Below are positions 1-10,320 of a stretch of 64,000 nt of DNA, piece after piece. How positions within the stretch are numbered: position 1 is the first letter of the stretch; each line of letters begins with the position of its first letter. Origin of the DNA: Butyricicoccaceae bacterium. Lineage in GTDB: Bacteria > Bacteroidota > Bacteroidia > Bacteroidales > UBA932. Below the pieces are notes generated by a model. That model was not told where the DNA came from, ran no database searches, and saw only the letters and a program-made list of their open reading frames with translations. The DNA is taken from the NCBI GenBank assembly GCA_963654225.1, contig CAVKAQ010000002.1, positions 18,361-82,360 on the forward strand. The letters are read 5' to 3'. The position numbers and the translations under genes are program-made.

Positions 1-1356
1 ACTGCTGCGGTTAACCAGCCTATCACATTCAAGTTCAATACGGAAGGCTATCCTGGTGCAACGGATGTCAAATGGACATTCCCTGACGGTGCGGTCATAA
101 GCGGTGAAGAGGTCGCTTACGGAATAAACGCGACCGGAACTCAGAAAGTCACATTGAGTGCGGTGATCAAAGGCAAGACCAAGACTTGGACACTTGAGGT
201 GGTTATCCGTGACTATGTGGTCAACTTCAACGAGTGGGAACAATTAGGAACGAACTACGAGGGATTCAAGGGAAGCTGCCCTGTATTCTCACCGGACGGG
301 AAGACAGTGTACGACATCACATTTAACAAGAAGACAGTTCTATATGCGATAGACGTGATTACAGGTACCCTCAAGTGGAAATATGTGCCTGAGACAGATA
401 TGGGTTCTTATAACCCGCTTACCGTGAATCCTGTTACGGGTGATGTTTACTTCGGTACGACTTCCGCATCCAATTTCTTCGCAGTAACTTCCGCAGGAGA
501 ACTTAAATGGCAGTTCAAGGGCGCCGGTTCAATGAAGAGTACGGCCCCTGCTGTCAATGCGGCCGGTACTGTAGTTTATATCGGTGACGCTGCCGGAAAT
601 ATCTTCGCCCTTGATGCTTCAACCGGAACTCAACTCTGGTCTTATGCCTCGGGTTCAGCTACGGCCGCTCTTCTTGTGAACGGTTCTGAACTTGTTGTCG
701 GTGCGGGCAACGGAACTGTAGTGTTCTTGAATACTGCGGATGGAAGTGAAGTTGCGAGGTTGGCTCTCGGTGCAAATATGACAGACATATCAGGTTTTGC
801 GGTAGCTGCCGACAAGACAACTGTCTATGCTCCTTGCAAAACAAATATGGCTGCGTTCGACCTTAAGACTCACGCGGTTACCATTGAGGCTAAAGCAGTG
901 GCCGGAAATAATCTATACGAACCGGTCGTTGCGCCTAACGGTTCAATCTTCGTCTGCGGAAAGGATAATACTATGTATTGTCTCGACAAAGATCTGAATG
1001 TGAAATGGAGCAAGCTGCATACCGACGCCAAGGGTGCTGTAACCAATGCGTTCAACTACTCACGTCCTTGCGTAGATACCGAGAATAATTTCTATGTAAC
1101 TTCCGGTCAGAACTCAAATACTACATATATCCTGTCAGCCGACGGAGATGTAAAGCAGACCTGGACATACGAATCGTCAGATCTTAACCAGAAGCAGATG
1201 GGTGGAAACAACTACCTGGACGGTGTGCTGTATTCCGCATTCATCGGAAGTGCATCCAAAAACGGAGTTCTTCTCGGCAGATATGTCGGAGGTCAGAGAG
1301 CTTCAAGTTGGAGTACACACGGCGGTGATATCTGCGGCTCTTGCTGCATTAAATAA
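1..1356 (+). CDS. PKD-like domain + PQQ/BamB-like beta-propeller repeat protein (5' end outside window)
   Basis: Frame 1 is open from base 1 (TAAVNQPITF...VKWTFPDG, PKD-like). Repeated propeller motifs follow: LYAIDVITGTLKWKY, FFAVTSAGELKWQF, IFALDASTGTQLWSY. Confidence 0.8.
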   Translation, partial: TAAVNQPITFKFNTEGYPGATDVKWTFPDGAVISGEEVAYGINATGTQKVTLSAVIKGKTKTWTLEVVIRDYVVNFNEWEQLGTNYEGFKGSCPVFSPDGKTVYDITFNKKTVLYAIDVITGTLKWKYVPETDMGSYNPLTVNPVTGDVYFGTTSASNFFAVTSAGELKWQFKGAGSMKSTAPAVNAAGTVVYIGDAAGNIFALDASTGTQLWSYASGSATAALLVNGSELVVGAGNGTVVFLNTADGSEVARLALGANMTDISGFAVAADKTTVYAPCKTNMAAFDLKTHAVTIEAKAVAGNNLYEPVVAPNGSIFVCGKDNTMYCLDKDLNVKWSKLHTDAKGAVTNAFNYSRPCVDTENNFYVTSGQNSNTTYILSADGDVKQTWTYESSDLNQKQMGGNNYLDGVLYSAFIGSASKNGVLLGRYVGGQRASSWSTHGGDICGSCCIK

Positions 1357-1414
1357 ATACGATTGGGTGATCCTATGGGATTCATAGGGTCATCCTTTCA
1401 TTAAAACTTTAGAA

Positions 1415-3106
1415 ATGAATAAGATTAAGATATTTTCGATAGCTCTGTCATTGTTTGCGCTTCCGTCTGTTGTGGCCTGCTCGGAAGACGATGACAGCAA
1501 GGTTCAGAATCTTGCGTCGAAGACAACGATTACTCTTGGAAGCTATTATCAGAAGGCTGCAGACTACAAGACAGTCGGCAAGGCTGTCACCCCCTCGTGG
1601 ACAAATGACGACAAGGGCGCGATTGCATTGGAATCCGACGGACAGCTGCGCAAGGCTTACGCGTCTCCAATCCTTCCGGGAAGCGCTTCATCGCTGTTTA
1701 TGTTCAACATAATGGCGTCACGTCAGGAAACCCACGTCATAAGCTGGTATCCTTCAGACGCTGAAGTGTCATTGTCCGGAACGAATGTCTGTTACAATAT
1801 TCCGACATCGCAGACCGGGGATGAAGTGCCTGTTATGTTCGACTACGAGATGGCTAAGGTGAACGCCTATTCGGGAGTTCAGTTCAAGCTTACTCCGGGA
1901 GGCTGTATGCTGTTTGTAAACGTTGCGATGGGCGATTATGACATAGCGTCGTTGAAATTGACCGCAACAGGAAATGAGAAGATTGCCGGAGACGTGACAT
2001 ATTGCTTTGTGGATGATTCGTATGAAGCTACATCGTCTTCTGTGACAGTATCATTCGCTGAGCCTGTAAGTTGCAGGTCAAATGAGGTTTATATCCCTGT
2101 ATATTGTGCTCCTTGCACCTTGTCTAAAGGTGTTACGGTCGAGATTACAACTTCTACTGGACAGACTCTCACGTCTTCTGTATCAGACGAGATTGAACTC
2201 GCTGCAGGTTCGACGGCTTGTACTTCAAAGGTTGCCGGGAATGAATCTACCGAGCTTGTGTTCTGCGGTGACAACCACGTCTTTGTGATCAACGCAAGCA
2301 TCATCAAGGATTCATACAAGGAAAGCATCGTATGGTCCTGGGATGCCACTTCCGCGGCCTCTACTCTTGGTCTTGCGGCAAGCAAATGCGACCATCTTGA
2401 CGAGTGCAAGTTCGTTGACAACGGGACAAAATTGTTGCTTACAAGTTCTTACGGATGGTGTATTCTTATGGATTACGCTACTTCCAAGATTCTGTTCTAT
2501 ACAACTCAGACGCCTAATGCGCACTCTGCAGAATATATCCCGGGAGGCTACATAGCAGTCGCTACATCTACAGGTTCTACCGACAATCACAATAAGGTTC
2601 AGCTCTATAGCGTGGACAAGTCGGAGCACCAGTTGGCAAGCGCGGACCTGTACTCCGGTCACGGCGTAGTGTGGGATTACAAGCGGAACCTCCTTTATGC
2701 CGCAGGCGGTAATCTTATCAAAGTGTTCGAGGTCTCCGGACTCGGTACGGACAATGTCGAGTTGAAATTGAAGAAATCCATAACCACGCCGAAAAGCGGT
2801 CTTCACGATTTGAACCGCGTGGATGACAATACTTTAAGCGTTGCCGGCGATCACGCTTATCTGTTCAATGTCGAGACGGAGCAGTTTACCGAGATGGCGC
2901 TTTTCTCTTCTTCTTCGGCTCTGAAATCGTTGAACTACAATGCTGGAACCGGTGAGTTGTGGTACACAGACGCCACTGTGCCGGAGGGCGACGAGAGCTG
3001 GTCTTCACACAAGATCCGCTACAGTGCAGACAAAGATGCCTCTGCGCCTTCACGTATAATCAACGTTGACATTGATATGTACAAGGTTCGCGTCAAGAAC
3101 TGGTAA
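1415..3106 (+). CDS. Lipoprotein, fimbrillin-like N-terminal region + DUF6528-like beta-propeller
   Basis: Lipobox VVAC-SEDDD. C-terminal motifs WSWDA, LDECK, NAHSAE and SGHGVVWD resemble DUF6528 (recognised from memory). Confidence 0.65.
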   Translation: MNKIKIFSIALSLFALPSVVACSEDDDSKVQNLASKTTITLGSYYQKAADYKTVGKAVTPSWTNDDKGAIALESDGQLRKAYASPILPGSASSLFMFNIMASRQETHVISWYPSDAEVSLSGTNVCYNIPTSQTGDEVPVMFDYEMAKVNAYSGVQFKLTPGGCMLFVNVAMGDYDIASLKLTATGNEKIAGDVTYCFVDDSYEATSSSVTVSFAEPVSCRSNEVYIPVYCAPCTLSKGVTVEITTSTGQTLTSSVSDEIELAAGSTACTSKVAGNESTELVFCGDNHVFVINASIIKDSYKESIVWSWDATSAASTLGLAASKCDHLDECKFVDNGTKLLLTSSYGWCILMDYATSKILFYTTQTPNAHSAEYIPGGYIAVATSTGSTDNHNKVQLYSVDKSEHQLASADLYSGHGVVWDYKRNLLYAAGGNLIKVFEVSGLGTDNVELKLKKSITTPKSGLHDLNRVDDNTLSVAGDHAYLFNVETEQFTEMALFSSSSALKSLNYNAGTGELWYTDATVPEGDESWSSHKIRYSADKDASAPSRIINVDIDMYKVRVKNW

Positions 3107-3142
3107 GGAATCTGATTCAGATTGTCTATTTTTGCTACGGAT

Positions 3143-3670
3143 ATGCAAGAAGAAGACCGACAATTGATAACGAAAATAGCAGATGGGGATGTCAAGTCTC
3201 TTGGCATCCTCTATGTGCTATATTCTGCCCGTATCCGGAACTTCGCCTATAGTCTCCTTCAGAATGTGACTGAAGCTGAGGATGTCACTCACGATCTTTT
3301 CCTGAAGATATGGACTTCCCGAGAAAGTCTGAGGAGCATAGAATCGTTGAAATCCTATCTTTTCAGTATGACTCACAATGCGGTGATGAACATAATCAAA
3401 CGCCGGGATTTGAGCGACAGATACCTGAAGTCGTCAGCTCAAGGTCAGTCGGAGCTTTATGAACCGGCTTCCGAACTTGACACGGCCGAACTTGTCAGGA
3501 ATATCGATTCTGCGCTGGAGCAGATGTCCCTGCTACGGAAAACTATATTCCGGATGCACCGGAATGAGCATAAAACCTATCAGGAGATAGCTGATATTCT
3601 GATGATTAGCCCTAAGACGGTCCAATATCACATATCGTGCGCTTTGGCCGAACTTCGCAAGCTGGTCTGA
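3143..3670 (+). CDS. ECF-type RNA polymerase sigma-70 factor
   Basis: AEDVTHDLFLKIW, KSYLF and region 4 TYQEIADILMISPKTVQYHI. A TATTTTTG -7-like element lies at 3127-3134. Confidence 0.9.
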   Translation: MQEEDRQLITKIADGDVKSLGILYVLYSARIRNFAYSLLQNVTEAEDVTHDLFLKIWTSRESLRSIESLKSYLFSMTHNAVMNIIKRRDLSDRYLKSSAQGQSELYEPASELDTAELVRNIDSALEQMSLLRKTIFRMHRNEHKTYQEIADILMISPKTVQYHISCALAELRKLV

Positions 3671-3744
3671 AAGTTCTCTGAATCTCCCTGCAGACCTGTC
3701 CCAATGTGCTGATGTCAAAAAATGAAGTAGGAGAGTCACTTAAA

Positions 3745-3776
3745 ATTGACGTTGTCAGACTGAATTTGTAAATTTG
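3745..3776 (+). promoter_or_regulatory. Bacteroidetes housekeeping sigma promoter for the nagB pair
   Basis: TAAATTTG at 3769-3776 with ATTG 20 nt upstream (consensus TTTG-N19-21-TAnnTTTG). Confidence 0.55.
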
Positions 3777-3800
3777 TGGCTTGACCAAACAAGTTACATA

Positions 3801-5723
3801 ATGAAACACTTTACATTGCCTAAAGAAGGCGGTCTTATAGAGGAAGCGATTCCTTCAGATGTTCTGCACAGCTACGAAAGAATCAGAACAGAGGTATATG
3901 ACCAGTCCTCTGACGCAAGCGAGGAAATCGCGAATATCATAGTCAACGCAGTCAATTCCTGCAAAGACAGAAAATTCAAGTTGGGACTTTCTACGGGAAC
4001 TACTCCTACATCTCTTTACAGGAGATTGGCGAGGAAATACGAAGAAGGTCTTGTTTCGTTCAGCAATGTCGAGATTTTCTCCATCGATGAATATTATCCT
4101 TACGGCAAGGGCGAGCCTCAGAGCCGCAACAGCATTCTTCATTCTTCATTACTGGATGCTGTGGATGTCAAGGAGGAGAATGTGCATATTCCTGACGGCA
4201 GCGTTCCGCAGGACAAGGTTTCCGAGTATTGCGAGGAATATGACAGAATGATGCGTGGACTTGATTTGCTCGTAATCGGTATGGGTGAAGCGGCGCAGAT
4301 AGGTTTCAATGAGGCCGGAACTTCATTCAAGAGCAAGACAAGGACAGTGCTGCTGTCTTATCAGTCAAGAAAACGTCAGGGCAAGAACTTCAACGGAGAT
4401 TTCAAACATACACCTGTGTCCGCGATCACAGTCGGCATCGACACGATCTTGAGCGCAAAGAAGATAATCCTTATGGCTTGGGGTGAAGACAAGGCCGACG
4501 CGGTGAAGAAAGTTGTTGAGGACAAGATAAATATGGATTATCCGGCATCTCTTCTTCAGATGCACGGCGATGTCGTTTGCTACGTGGACGAGATGGCCGC
4601 GTCGCTGCTTACGAGGGTGGTTTCACCTTGGCTTGTGGGCCCTTGCAACTGGACAAAGAAATTTATCAGAAAGGCTGTGGTATGGCTCTGCCAGGAAGTC
4701 CACAAGCCAATTCTCAAACTTACTCAGAAAGATTACCTGGAACACTCTCTTGGCGAACTTCTGGACAAATTCGGTCCGTTCTATACGCTGAATATAGATG
4801 TGTTCAATGACCTTCAGCATACCATCACAGGATGGCCGGGCGGAAAGCCTAATGCTGACGACAGCCAGAGGCCTGTTTCGGCATTGCCTTATCCTAAGAC
4901 GGTGCTCATATTCTCTCCGCATCCTGACGATGATGTCATTTCTATGGGCGGAACATTCATCAGGCTCGTTCATCAGGGCCACAATGTACACGTGGCTTAT
5001 GAAACATCAGGCGACCTAGCCGTTCACGATGACGTTGTGCTCCAGCATCTTGATGCCGCACATCAGCTCGGATTCGCGGATGAGTTCGACAAAGTGAAGG
5101 CAATCATTGACTCCAAGATTCCGGGAGAGCCTGAGCCGGCAGAGCTTCTGTCCATCAAGGCCGCAATACGTCGTAGCGAAGCAAGGGCAGCCGACCGTTC
5201 TTTCGGATTGAATGACAATACGAATGTGCATTTCCTCAATTTGCCTTTCTATGAGTCCGGCGGAGTCAAGAAACTTCCGCGTACGCAGGCTGACCTGGAT
5301 ATAATCAAGGACCTTATCAAGAGACTGCGCCCTGACCAGATATTTATGGCAGGCGACTTGGCAGACCCTCACGGTACGCATAGAGTTTGTACAGAAGCCG
5401 CGCTCGAAGCGATTGAGCAGTTGAAAGAGGAGGGCGAAAGCTGGCTGAACGAGACTCATATCTGGCTTTACAGAGGCGCCTGGATGGAGTGGGAAATCGG
5501 CCGTGTGGATATGGCTGTGCCACTTAGTCTGGACGAGGTGGTCGAGAAGCGTCACGCTATTTTCCGTCACCTTTCACAGAAGGATATCGTGCCGTTCCCG
5601 GGAGATGACTCACGCGAGTTCTGGCAAAGAGCAGAAGACAGGACGCAGAATACGGCTCGCCTGTATGATGAGCTCGGTATGCCTGAGTATCAGGCCATTG
5701 AGGTGTTCCTAAAACTTTGTTAA
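3801..5723 (+). CDS. Glucosamine-6-phosphate deaminase-like domain fused to PIG-L/LmbE deacetylase domain
   Basis: N-terminal GLSTGTTP, IDEYY and GFNEAG. C-terminal SPHPDDDV and DLADPHGTH PIG-L motifs. Confidence 0.9.
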   Translation: MKHFTLPKEGGLIEEAIPSDVLHSYERIRTEVYDQSSDASEEIANIIVNAVNSCKDRKFKLGLSTGTTPTSLYRRLARKYEEGLVSFSNVEIFSIDEYYPYGKGEPQSRNSILHSSLLDAVDVKEENVHIPDGSVPQDKVSEYCEEYDRMMRGLDLLVIGMGEAAQIGFNEAGTSFKSKTRTVLLSYQSRKRQGKNFNGDFKHTPVSAITVGIDTILSAKKIILMAWGEDKADAVKKVVEDKINMDYPASLLQMHGDVVCYVDEMAASLLTRVVSPWLVGPCNWTKKFIRKAVVWLCQEVHKPILKLTQKDYLEHSLGELLDKFGPFYTLNIDVFNDLQHTITGWPGGKPNADDSQRPVSALPYPKTVLIFSPHPDDDVISMGGTFIRLVHQGHNVHVAYETSGDLAVHDDVVLQHLDAAHQLGFADEFDKVKAIIDSKIPGEPEPAELLSIKAAIRRSEARAADRSFGLNDNTNVHFLNLPFYESGGVKKLPRTQADLDIIKDLIKRLRPDQIFMAGDLADPHGTHRVCTEAALEAIEQLKEEGESWLNETHIWLYRGAWMEWEIGRVDMAVPLSLDEVVEKRHAIFRHLSQKDIVPFPGDDSREFWQRAEDRTQNTARLYDELGMPEYQAIEVFLKLC

Positions 5724-5815
5724 GAAGTTTGACCTGACGGACTCTATTTTAGAAAATGTCAAGATATGATTCCGGAAGGCGATATTAGAAGCATAAAAAT
5801 TAAAATCAATACGAT

Positions 5816-6610
5816 ATGAAAGTTATTATCAGAGATGACATCAGCAAGGCTTCAGTATGGGCTGCGCATTATGTCGCAAAAAAAATCAATGAAAAAGCAG
5901 CTGTCTCAGACAAGCCGTTCGTAATCGGACTTTGCACGGGTTCAACACCGATCGAGACTTACGAGGAACTTATCAGAATGGTCAAGGCTGGCGAGGTGTC
6001 TTTCAAGAACGTCATCTCGTTCAATATGGACGAATATGTAGGGCTTCCTGAGTCACATCCGGAGAGCTACCACTCTTTTATGCACAAATATCTGTTCGAT
6101 CACATTGACGAACCGGCAGAGAATATCCACATTCTCAACGGCAACGCTCCTGATCTTAAGGTCGAGTGCGCAAATTACGAAAAGGCTATCGTTGAGGCAG
6201 GCGGATTCGATCTGTTCCTCGGCGGTATCGGAGAGGATGGACATATCGCATTCAACGAGCCGTTCTCATCTCTCCAGTCACGCACACGCGAGGTTGTCCT
6301 CACATACGACACGAGAGTAGTCAACTCAAGATTCTTTGACAACGATGTGAACAAAGTTCCTAAGTCTGCCCTTTCAGTTGGCGTTGCTACAGTGCTCGGC
6401 GCAAAGGAAGTGGTCATTCTCGCATTCGGCAGCAAGAAGGCTCGCGCGGTCAAGGATGCTGTTGAGGGACCTTACACACATTATTGCACTCTTTCCTGCC
6501 TCCAGGCACATCCTGCAGGAACGGTTGTCTGCGATGAACTTGCAGTCGGCGAGTTGAAAGTCAACTCATACCGTTACTTCAAGGCTGTAGAAGCGGCTGA
6601 GCAGCAATAA
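5816..6610 (+). CDS. nagB: Glucosamine-6-phosphate deaminase
   Basis: GLCTGSTP, FNMDEYVGL, HPESYHSFM and GGIGEDGHIAFNEP, with catalytic residues intact. Confidence 0.97.
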   Translation: MKVIIRDDISKASVWAAHYVAKKINEKAAVSDKPFVIGLCTGSTPIETYEELIRMVKAGEVSFKNVISFNMDEYVGLPESHPESYHSFMHKYLFDHIDEPAENIHILNGNAPDLKVECANYEKAIVEAGGFDLFLGGIGEDGHIAFNEPFSSLQSRTREVVLTYDTRVVNSRFFDNDVNKVPKSALSVGVATVLGAKEVVILAFGSKKARAVKDAVEGPYTHYCTLSCLQAHPAGTVVCDELAVGELKVNSYRYFKAVEAAEQQ

Positions 6611-6665
6611 TCAGAAACTAAAGGGTCGTTTTGATCATTTGCGGCTCTTGTTAACTCTTGAAACT

Positions 6666-6714
6666 GCATTTCCGATATTCGTGGTTTATCCATAAATGTC
6701 GGAAATGCTTATTT
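6666..6714 (+). terminator. Intrinsic terminator after nagB
   Basis: GCATTTCCGATATTCGTGG pairs with CCATAAATGTCGGAAATGC and is followed by TTATTT. Confidence 0.65.
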
Positions 6715-6802
6715 CGTTAATAATGCTTATCTTTGTTTGATTGCATCGTATTGAACCGGGTGCGTTTATTGCATTGTCAAGGTTTAAGATAAATTGAAAG
6801 AG

Positions 6803-8512
6803 ATGAGACGCATACTCAATATATTTTTTATCGCTGTCCTGGCAACCTTTTCGCTGTCAGTGAGTGCACAGAATACATCTGTACGATATCTGAAAAAGAG
6901 CCTTCCACGTTTGAGTGAAGTGATTGGAGGCTCCCGTTCTGCCGACAGTAAATTGATAGATGCCGTGCAGAAATATGAGGAAGGAGATTATTCCGGAGCG
7001 AAATCCCTTCTTACAGAGATTCTTAAAGTTCAAAAAAACGATGCCGCCTGGTATTACAGGGGACTTTGCAACATAAAACTGAATGATGCAGACGGCGCTG
7101 AGCAGGATTTGAAACAGGCAGTCAGTCAGGATTCTACAAACTATTGGTATAGATATGTTCTTGCTGGACTCTATGGGATGACAGGCAGGAGCGTCCTTAC
7201 TATAGATATGTATGAGTCTTTACTCAAGGATTTTCCAAAGAAAAGCGAACTGTATTACAGTCTGGCAAATCTGTATATAAATCAGAATCAGCTTGATAAG
7301 GCTCTCACAACCATAGAGGAAATTGAGAGGCAGTTCGGGAAAAGCGATGCTACCGTAATGACACGGTTCGATATCCTCCGTCAGCAGGACAGTACGGAGG
7401 CGGCTTACAAAATTCTTAGAGATTACAAAGAAGAGTATTCGTCTCCTGAGGCGTTGTCTATGCTGGGCGACTACGAAATGGGGATGTATAATGATTCAGC
7501 GGCAGTGGCCTATTATGACGAGGCCCTGAGTCTTGACAAAGGATATGCGCACGCCTTGTTGGGGAAAGCTGAGGCATATAGGCTCACACGTAAGTATCCG
7601 CAGTATTTCAAAACTCTGAACGCGCTGATGTCTGAGCGTAGCGCCTCTGCGGAAGGGAAGTCCGATTATCTTCAGGCTATTTTCAAGCAGGCGGATCCGA
7701 GATTCATAAAATCTTTTCAGCCGCAATTTGATTCTACCGTCAGTATTATCAGAGAGGTGCATCCCAAGGATACTTCAGTGCTCAGACTTTCCGGTTTGTA
7801 CTATATTACGACCAATAGGATGGACCAGGCGGCAGAAGTGTACCGTACATTCAAAGATGATTATCCCGACAATGTCGCTTATGCCGGAAGTTACATATAC
7901 GTTCTGTTGTACAAGAATGACTGGAACGGTGTCGTGGCTGCTGTAGATTCTGCCTTGACAAGATTCCCTGACGAGGTAGCCTTGTATGATTTGGCGAATA
8001 CGGCGGAGTATAACCTGAAGAATTACAGAAAAGTAATCTCAAATAGCGAGAAGATGCTTCAGATTGCGCCAAAGGATAGTTCGGTTACGGTTTCTGCCTG
8101 GAGCACCATCGGTGATATGTATCATCTTCTCGGTGAGAGCACAAAGTCCTATAAGGCTTATGACAATGCGTTGAAGATTTCTCCGGACAATGCTCCCGTG
8201 CTCAACAACTATGCTTACTATCTTTCGTTGGAAAAGAAGAATCTCAAAAAAGCGTACGCGATGAGCAAGAAGACGGTTGAGGCTGAACCGGACAATGCCA
8301 CATATCTGGATACTTTCGGATGGATTCTTTACCTGCAGGGCAAATCTCTCGAAGCCAAGCCGTTCTTCAAGCATGCGATGCTGTATGGCGGGAAGGAAAG
8401 CGCGACTATTCTGAGTCATTATGCCGCTGTTCTGGAAGCTCTTGGAGAAAAGGACCTTGCAAAAGTCTATCGCCAGCAGGCGAAAAATAAAGAAGCGGAG
8501 GGAAAAGAATGA
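6803..8512 (+). CDS. Tetratricopeptide-repeat periplasmic protein
   Basis: Signal peptide, multiple TPRs, and C-terminal VLNNYAYYLS and NATYLDTFGWILY motifs. Confidence 0.9.
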   Translation: MRRILNIFFIAVLATFSLSVSAQNTSVRYLKKSLPRLSEVIGGSRSADSKLIDAVQKYEEGDYSGAKSLLTEILKVQKNDAAWYYRGLCNIKLNDADGAEQDLKQAVSQDSTNYWYRYVLAGLYGMTGRSVLTIDMYESLLKDFPKKSELYYSLANLYINQNQLDKALTTIEEIERQFGKSDATVMTRFDILRQQDSTEAAYKILRDYKEEYSSPEALSMLGDYEMGMYNDSAAVAYYDEALSLDKGYAHALLGKAEAYRLTRKYPQYFKTLNALMSERSASAEGKSDYLQAIFKQADPRFIKSFQPQFDSTVSIIREVHPKDTSVLRLSGLYYITTNRMDQAAEVYRTFKDDYPDNVAYAGSYIYVLLYKNDWNGVVAAVDSALTRFPDEVALYDLANTAEYNLKNYRKVISNSEKMLQIAPKDSSVTVSAWSTIGDMYHLLGESTKSYKAYDNALKISPDNAPVLNNYAYYLSLEKKNLKKAYAMSKKTVEAEPDNATYLDTFGWILYLQGKSLEAKPFFKHAMLYGGKESATILSHYAAVLEALGEKDLAKVYRQQAKNKEAEGKE

Positions 8513-9702
8513 TGCACTTTCATTTCTCTAAGCAAATTCTGTCCCTGTGCGTGGGCATTGTCTTCTTTACCGTGGGTGCTTATGCTCAGGACACAAGGAG
8601 TCAGGAGTCCCGCAAGGCAAAGCTGGAGAAGGAAATAGCATTGATTGATAAGCAGTTGAGAGAAAATGCCAGTCGAAGCAGTGATGCAATGGCGGCGTTG
8701 ACTCTTGTCCGGGAAAAGGTTGCGGCACGAAAGGAGCTCGTAGCGGAAAGCGACAAGGAAATAGCCCTTTTGTCAGGGCAGATTTCGTCCAAGCAGAAGG
8801 ATGTGGACAGACTACAGAACAGGTTGGATACACTCACGCTGTATTATTCCAGGCTTGTGAAAAGCGCTTACCGGAATCGCGACTCCAGGGTGTGGTATAT
8901 GTATATCCTTGCGAGCGACAACATAGGTCAGGCATTCAGGAGAATTGCATATATGCGTAACCTCTCGTCCGAGATGAACCGCCAGGGCGAGAAGATAATC
9001 GGAACGAGGGATGAACTGCAAGGTCAGATTGATTCTCTTAATGTACTGAAAGGAAAGGCTGAGACCTTAAGGCAGAAGCGTGCCGTCGAGGTGTCTGCAT
9101 TGCAGAAGGAGGAGGCGGAGTCCAAGACTCTTGTGAACCGTCTGCAGAGAAACAAAGTGAAATATCAGAAGGACTTGGCGGCGAAGAAGAGGCAGGTCGA
9201 TGCTTTGAACAAGGAAATCCAAAGAATCATCGCTGCTGCAGTAAGCGGCAAGTCAAACGGAAAATCAACGGCAAAGAAACCGGTTGACATTAAATTGGAT
9301 GCGGAATTCGCCAAGAACAAGGGCAAGCTCCCGTGGCCGGCGGAAGGCCGTGTCGTAGATCATTTCGGACAACATTATCATCCGGTCTTCAAATCGGTGA
9401 AGCTTCCGTTCAATAACGGCGTGAATATATCATTGGCAAAAGATCAGGCTGTATGTGCGGTGTTCAACGGCGTGGTGAAGCAGATAGTAGTTATGCCGGG
9501 ATATAACAAATGCGTGCTTATCCAGCACGGAAACTATTTCTCGTTCTACTGTAAACTGGCTACAGCCAATGTGCGCCCCGGAGATACCGTGAAGACAGGA
9601 GACATTATCGGCACTGTCGACACGATAGACGGTATGAACCAGCTTCATTTCCAAATTTGGAAAGGAACTGTTCCGCAGAATCCTGAGCTGTGGCTCAGAT
9701 AG
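8509..9702 (+). CDS. envC: Murein hydrolase activator EnvC-like (coiled coil + degenerate M23 domain)
   Basis: Signal peptide, long coiled coil, KGKLPWP, NNGVNI (first M23 His absent), LHFQIW and NPELWL. Confidence 0.8.
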   Translation: MMHFHFSKQILSLCVGIVFFTVGAYAQDTRSQESRKAKLEKEIALIDKQLRENASRSSDAMAALTLVREKVAARKELVAESDKEIALLSGQISSKQKDVDRLQNRLDTLTLYYSRLVKSAYRNRDSRVWYMYILASDNIGQAFRRIAYMRNLSSEMNRQGEKIIGTRDELQGQIDSLNVLKGKAETLRQKRAVEVSALQKEEAESKTLVNRLQRNKVKYQKDLAAKKRQVDALNKEIQRIIAAAVSGKSNGKSTAKKPVDIKLDAEFAKNKGKLPWPAEGRVVDHFGQHYHPVFKSVKLPFNNGVNISLAKDQAVCAVFNGVVKQIVVMPGYNKCVLIQHGNYFSFYCKLATANVRPGDTVKTGDIIGTVDTIDGMNQLHFQIWKGTVPQNPELWLR

Positions 9703-9717
9703 ATAAATTTCAGCCGA

Positions 9718-9745
9718 TGCAACATTTTTCTGAATTTCTGCATCT
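9718..9745 (+). promoter_or_regulatory. Putative ECF-dependent (autoregulatory) promoter
   Basis: TGCAAC-N15-TGCATCT directly upstream of an ECF sigma gene, matching the AAC (-35) and C(G/A)TCT (-10) pattern. Confidence 0.55.
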
Positions 9746-9768
9746 TGTCAAAACTGGGTTGGGGCTCA

Positions 9769-10320
9769 ATGTTTAAGGAAAATCCGATATATCAGGACTG
9801 TATAGAAGGCTGCAGGAAAGGAGACAGGGCCGCACAACGGAAGATGTTCGAGGCTTTGGCTCCGAAAATGTTGGCGGTCTGTTTCAGATATATGGGAGAA
9901 AGAGCGGCAGCGGAAGATGTACTTCAGGACGGATTTGTGACAATGTTTTCCAAGATGGACACATACTCCGGCGACGGCTCTTTTGAAGGATGGGCGAGAA
10001 GAATATTCGTGAACACGGCATTGATGTCTCTCCGGAAAAAAGATGCCTTGAGGATGAGCGAGGATATTGATACTGTCCGGAATATGAGCAGCGATACCGC
10101 ATCCCAAATCCAGGACATCGGGTACAAGGAACTTATGAAATTGGTAGCATCCTTGCCGGCGGGGTACAGAACAGTATTCAATATGAACGTCATCGAAGGC
10201 TATTCGCACGATGAGATAGCGAAAGCGTTGAATATCAGCGCGGTGACTTCGAGGTCTCAATTGCTGCGGGCCAGGGCTATGTTACAGAACAAGATAAAGA
10301 AACTGTATGGTTCAAGATAA
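9769..10320 (+). CDS. ECF-type RNA polymerase sigma-70 factor
   Basis: AEDVLQDGF, GSFEGWARRIFVN and LPAGYRTVFNMNVIEGYSHDEIA. Confidence 0.93.
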   Translation: MFKENPIYQDCIEGCRKGDRAAQRKMFEALAPKMLAVCFRYMGERAAAEDVLQDGFVTMFSKMDTYSGDGSFEGWARRIFVNTALMSLRKKDALRMSEDIDTVRNMSSDTASQIQDIGYKELMKLVASLPAGYRTVFNMNVIEGYSHDEIAKALNISAVTSRSQLLRARAMLQNKIKKLYGSR

